Assembly: GCA_020692565.1 (NCBI GenBank) | Contig: JAIMKJ010000012.1 | Location: 26,347-90,346 of the forward strand | DNA from: Thermomonas sp. | GTDB lineage: Bacteria; Pseudomonadota; Gammaproteobacteria; Xanthomonadales; Xanthomonadaceae | Length of the DNA: 64,000 bases | Direction: 5' to 3' | Part shown: one piece after another, positions 61,917 to 64,000 of the stretch | Layout of the letters: every line of letters starts with the position of its first letter | How positions within the stretch are numbered: position 1 is the first letter of the stretch | Position numbers and translations under genes: made by a program | Notes under the pieces: generated by a model | What the model saw: only the letters and a program-made list of their open reading frames with translations | Database searches by the model: none | What the model was told of the DNA's origin: nothing

Positions 61917-62361
61917 CCCCCTTTGAAAAAGGGGGCGAAGCGGCGCGCTTGCGAGGCATTGCCTCGCGCGCCAATGAGCGCCTGAGCGCAGTGTGCGAGG
62001 GCCGGAACACACGAAATGCCTTGTTAGCCCCCTTTGGAAAAAGGGGGCGGGCGGCTGCGAAGCAGCCGACGGGGGATTTGGCCGGCAGCGTCATGAAAAC
62101 GGTGTGTTCTTTCGACCCTTCAGGCAAAAAGCGAATTCCCCCTTGCCCCTTTTTTCAAAGGGGGAACAAGCAAATGCATGTTTTGCAGAGTGCGGCGTTG
62201 CGCTGACCCCCTTTGAAAAGGGGGTCGACGTCTGCGCAGCAGGCGGCGGGGGATTTGGCCGGCAGCGTCATGAAAACGGTGTGTTCTTTCGACGCTTCAG
62301 GCGAAAAGCAAATCCCCCCGCTGATCGCTGCGCGATCAACGGCCCCCTTCGTCGAAGGGGG
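61917..62361. repeat. Cluster of CCCCCTTT/AAAGGGGG hairpin elements with a duplicated unit
   Basis: Five related hairpins; identical 46-bp direct repeat at 62071-62116 and 62248-62293. Confidence 0.85.
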
Positions 62362-62479
62362 CAACAGCGAACAGCGACGGCAGCGGCTTAACGGCAACGC
62401 GAGCGCGGGATGTCTGGAAACAGGGTTCGGCCGTAGCAATGCCATGATGCGTGCCCTGATGGTTGCCTTGCCGCCGGAC

Positions 62480-64000
62480 ATGCCCTCCCTCTTCGACACG
62501 CTCCGATTCGACAACACCTTCCTCGCCGAACTGCCCGGCGACCCTGACACCGGCGCACGCCGTCGCGAAGTGCGGGGCGCGCTGTGGTCGCGGGTGACGC
62601 CCACGCCGGTGGCCGCGCCGCGCACGCTGGCGGTCTCGCGCGAGATGGCCGCAACGTTGGGGCTGCGCGATGACGATGTCGCGTCGGAGACATTCGCGCA
62701 GGTCTTCGCCGGGAATGCGCTGTTGCCGGGCATGGACCCGTTCGCGACCAATTACGGCGGCCACCAGTTCGGCCACTGGGCAGGGCAGCTCGGCGACGGC
62801 CGCGCGATCAGCCTGGGCGAAACCGTGAACGCGACCGGCGACCGCTGGGAACTGCAGCTGAAGGGCGCGGGCGCGACGCCGTACTCGCGCAGCGCCGACG
62901 GCCGTGCCGTGCTGCGTTCGTCGATCCGCGAATTCCTGTGCAGCGAAGCCATGCATCACCTCGGCGTGCCGACCACGCGCGCGTTGTCGCTGGTCGCCAC
63001 TGGCGAGGACGTGGTCCGCGACATGTTCTACGACGGCCATCCGAAGCCCGAACCCGGCGCCGTGGTCTGCCGGGCCGCGCCGTCGTTCCTGCGCTTCGGC
63101 CATTTCGAGCTGCCGTCGTCGCGCGGTGAGGTCGATCTGCTGCGGCAATTGACGGATTTCGCGATCCGCCGCGATTTTCCGCATCTCGCCGGCAGCGGCG
63201 AGGCGCTGTACGCCGACTGGTTCGCCGAGGTCTGCACCCGCACCGCGCGGCTGATGGCGGAATGGATGCGGGTCGGCTTCGTCCACGGAGTGATGAACAC
63301 CGACAATTTGTCGATCCTGGGCCTGACCATCGACTACGGTCCCTACGGCTGGATCGACGCCTACGATCCGGAGTGGACGCCCAACACCACCGATGCCGGT
63401 GGCCGACGCTACCGCTTCGGCTGGCAGCCGGCGGTGGCGCGCTGGAACCTGGTGCGGCTGGCGCAGGCGATCTCGCCGCTGTTCGCGGGCGGCGAGGCGC
63501 TGCAGGCCGGCATCGACGCCTTCGGCGGCGCATACACGGTCGCCGACCGCGACAACACTGCGCGCAAACTCGGCCTGGCCGAATGCCGCGACGACGATGT
63601 CGCGCTGATCCGCGATCTGCATGGATCGATGCAGGAAGCGGAGGTCGACATGACGCTGTGGTTCCGCGCGCTGATGGACGTGGATATCGATGCGCCGACG
63701 CTCAAGCCGCTGGAGGAAAGTTTCTACGACCCGGCGAAGCGCGAGGCGCATGGCGCGCAGTTCGACGACTGGCTGCAGCGCTATGCGGCGCGCCTGCGCG
63801 AGGACACCCTGTCGGCGGCGGATCGCCGCGAAAGGATGCGGCTGGCGAATCCGAAATACGTATTGCGCAACTATCTGGCGCAGGAGGTCATCGATCGCGC
63901 CGAGGCCGGGGACGCTGCCGGCATCGGTGAACTTCTGGAGGCGATGCGCCGGCCGTACGACGACATTCCCGTTGGAGGACGCGCGGACAGCGAACGCTAC
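62480..64000 (+). CDS. selO: Protein adenylyltransferase SelO/YdiU (runs off the window end)
   Basis: [72 protein letters not shown]. Confidence 0.95.
   Translation, partial: MPSLFDTLRFDNTFLAELPGDPDTGARRREVRGALWSRVTPTPVAAPRTLAVSREMAATLGLRDDDVASETFAQVFAGNALLPGMDPFATNYGGHQFGHWAGQLGDGRAISLGETVNATGDRWELQLKGAGATPYSRSADGRAVLRSSIREFLCSEAMHHLGVPTTRALSLVATGEDVVRDMFYDGHPKPEPGAVVCRAAPSFLRFGHFELPSSRGEVDLLRQLTDFAIRRDFPHLAGSGEALYADWFAEVCTRTARLMAEWMRVGFVHGVMNTDNLSILGLTIDYGPYGWIDAYDPEWTPNTTDAGGRRYRFGWQPAVARWNLVRLAQAISPLFAGGEALQAGIDAFGGAYTVADRDNTARKLGLAECRDDDVALIRDLHGSMQEAEVDMTLWFRALMDVDIDAPTLKPLEESFYDPAKREAHGAQFDDWLQRYAARLREDTLSAADRRERMRLANPKYVLRNYLAQEVIDRAEAGDAAGIGELLEAMRRPYDDIPVGGRADSERY

Overview
High-GC chromosomal segment of a Xanthomonadaceae bacterium, probably Lysobacter-like (inferred from xanB2, sX13 next to polA, dtd next to rpoD, GTAG REPs, and chitinase/glucanase genes). 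Most of it is core genes: xanB2-type chorismatase, DPP-IV operon, uvrD, hemF, polA, comF, bioB-bioF-orf-bioH-bioC, mnmG, zapE, tRNA-Ile(CAT), rpoD, dtd, LPS genes and a 3'-truncated selO. Accessory loci are (i) an integrase-less integron cassette array with attC sites just after bioC, flanked by two copies of a 54-bp promoter-like module and followed by a DUF2272 amidase-like/lipoprotein pair, and (ii) a block with a GH18 chitinase, rtcR-rtcB-rtcA, kdpFABCDE and a GH16 glucanase. Non-coding highlights are an sX13-like sRNA and a sigma54-driven RNA locus upstream of mnmG whose three hairpin loops all display GGAACAG. Start codons were re-picked by eye wherever the ORF track over-extends. All family assignments come from motif recognition; no database searches were run.
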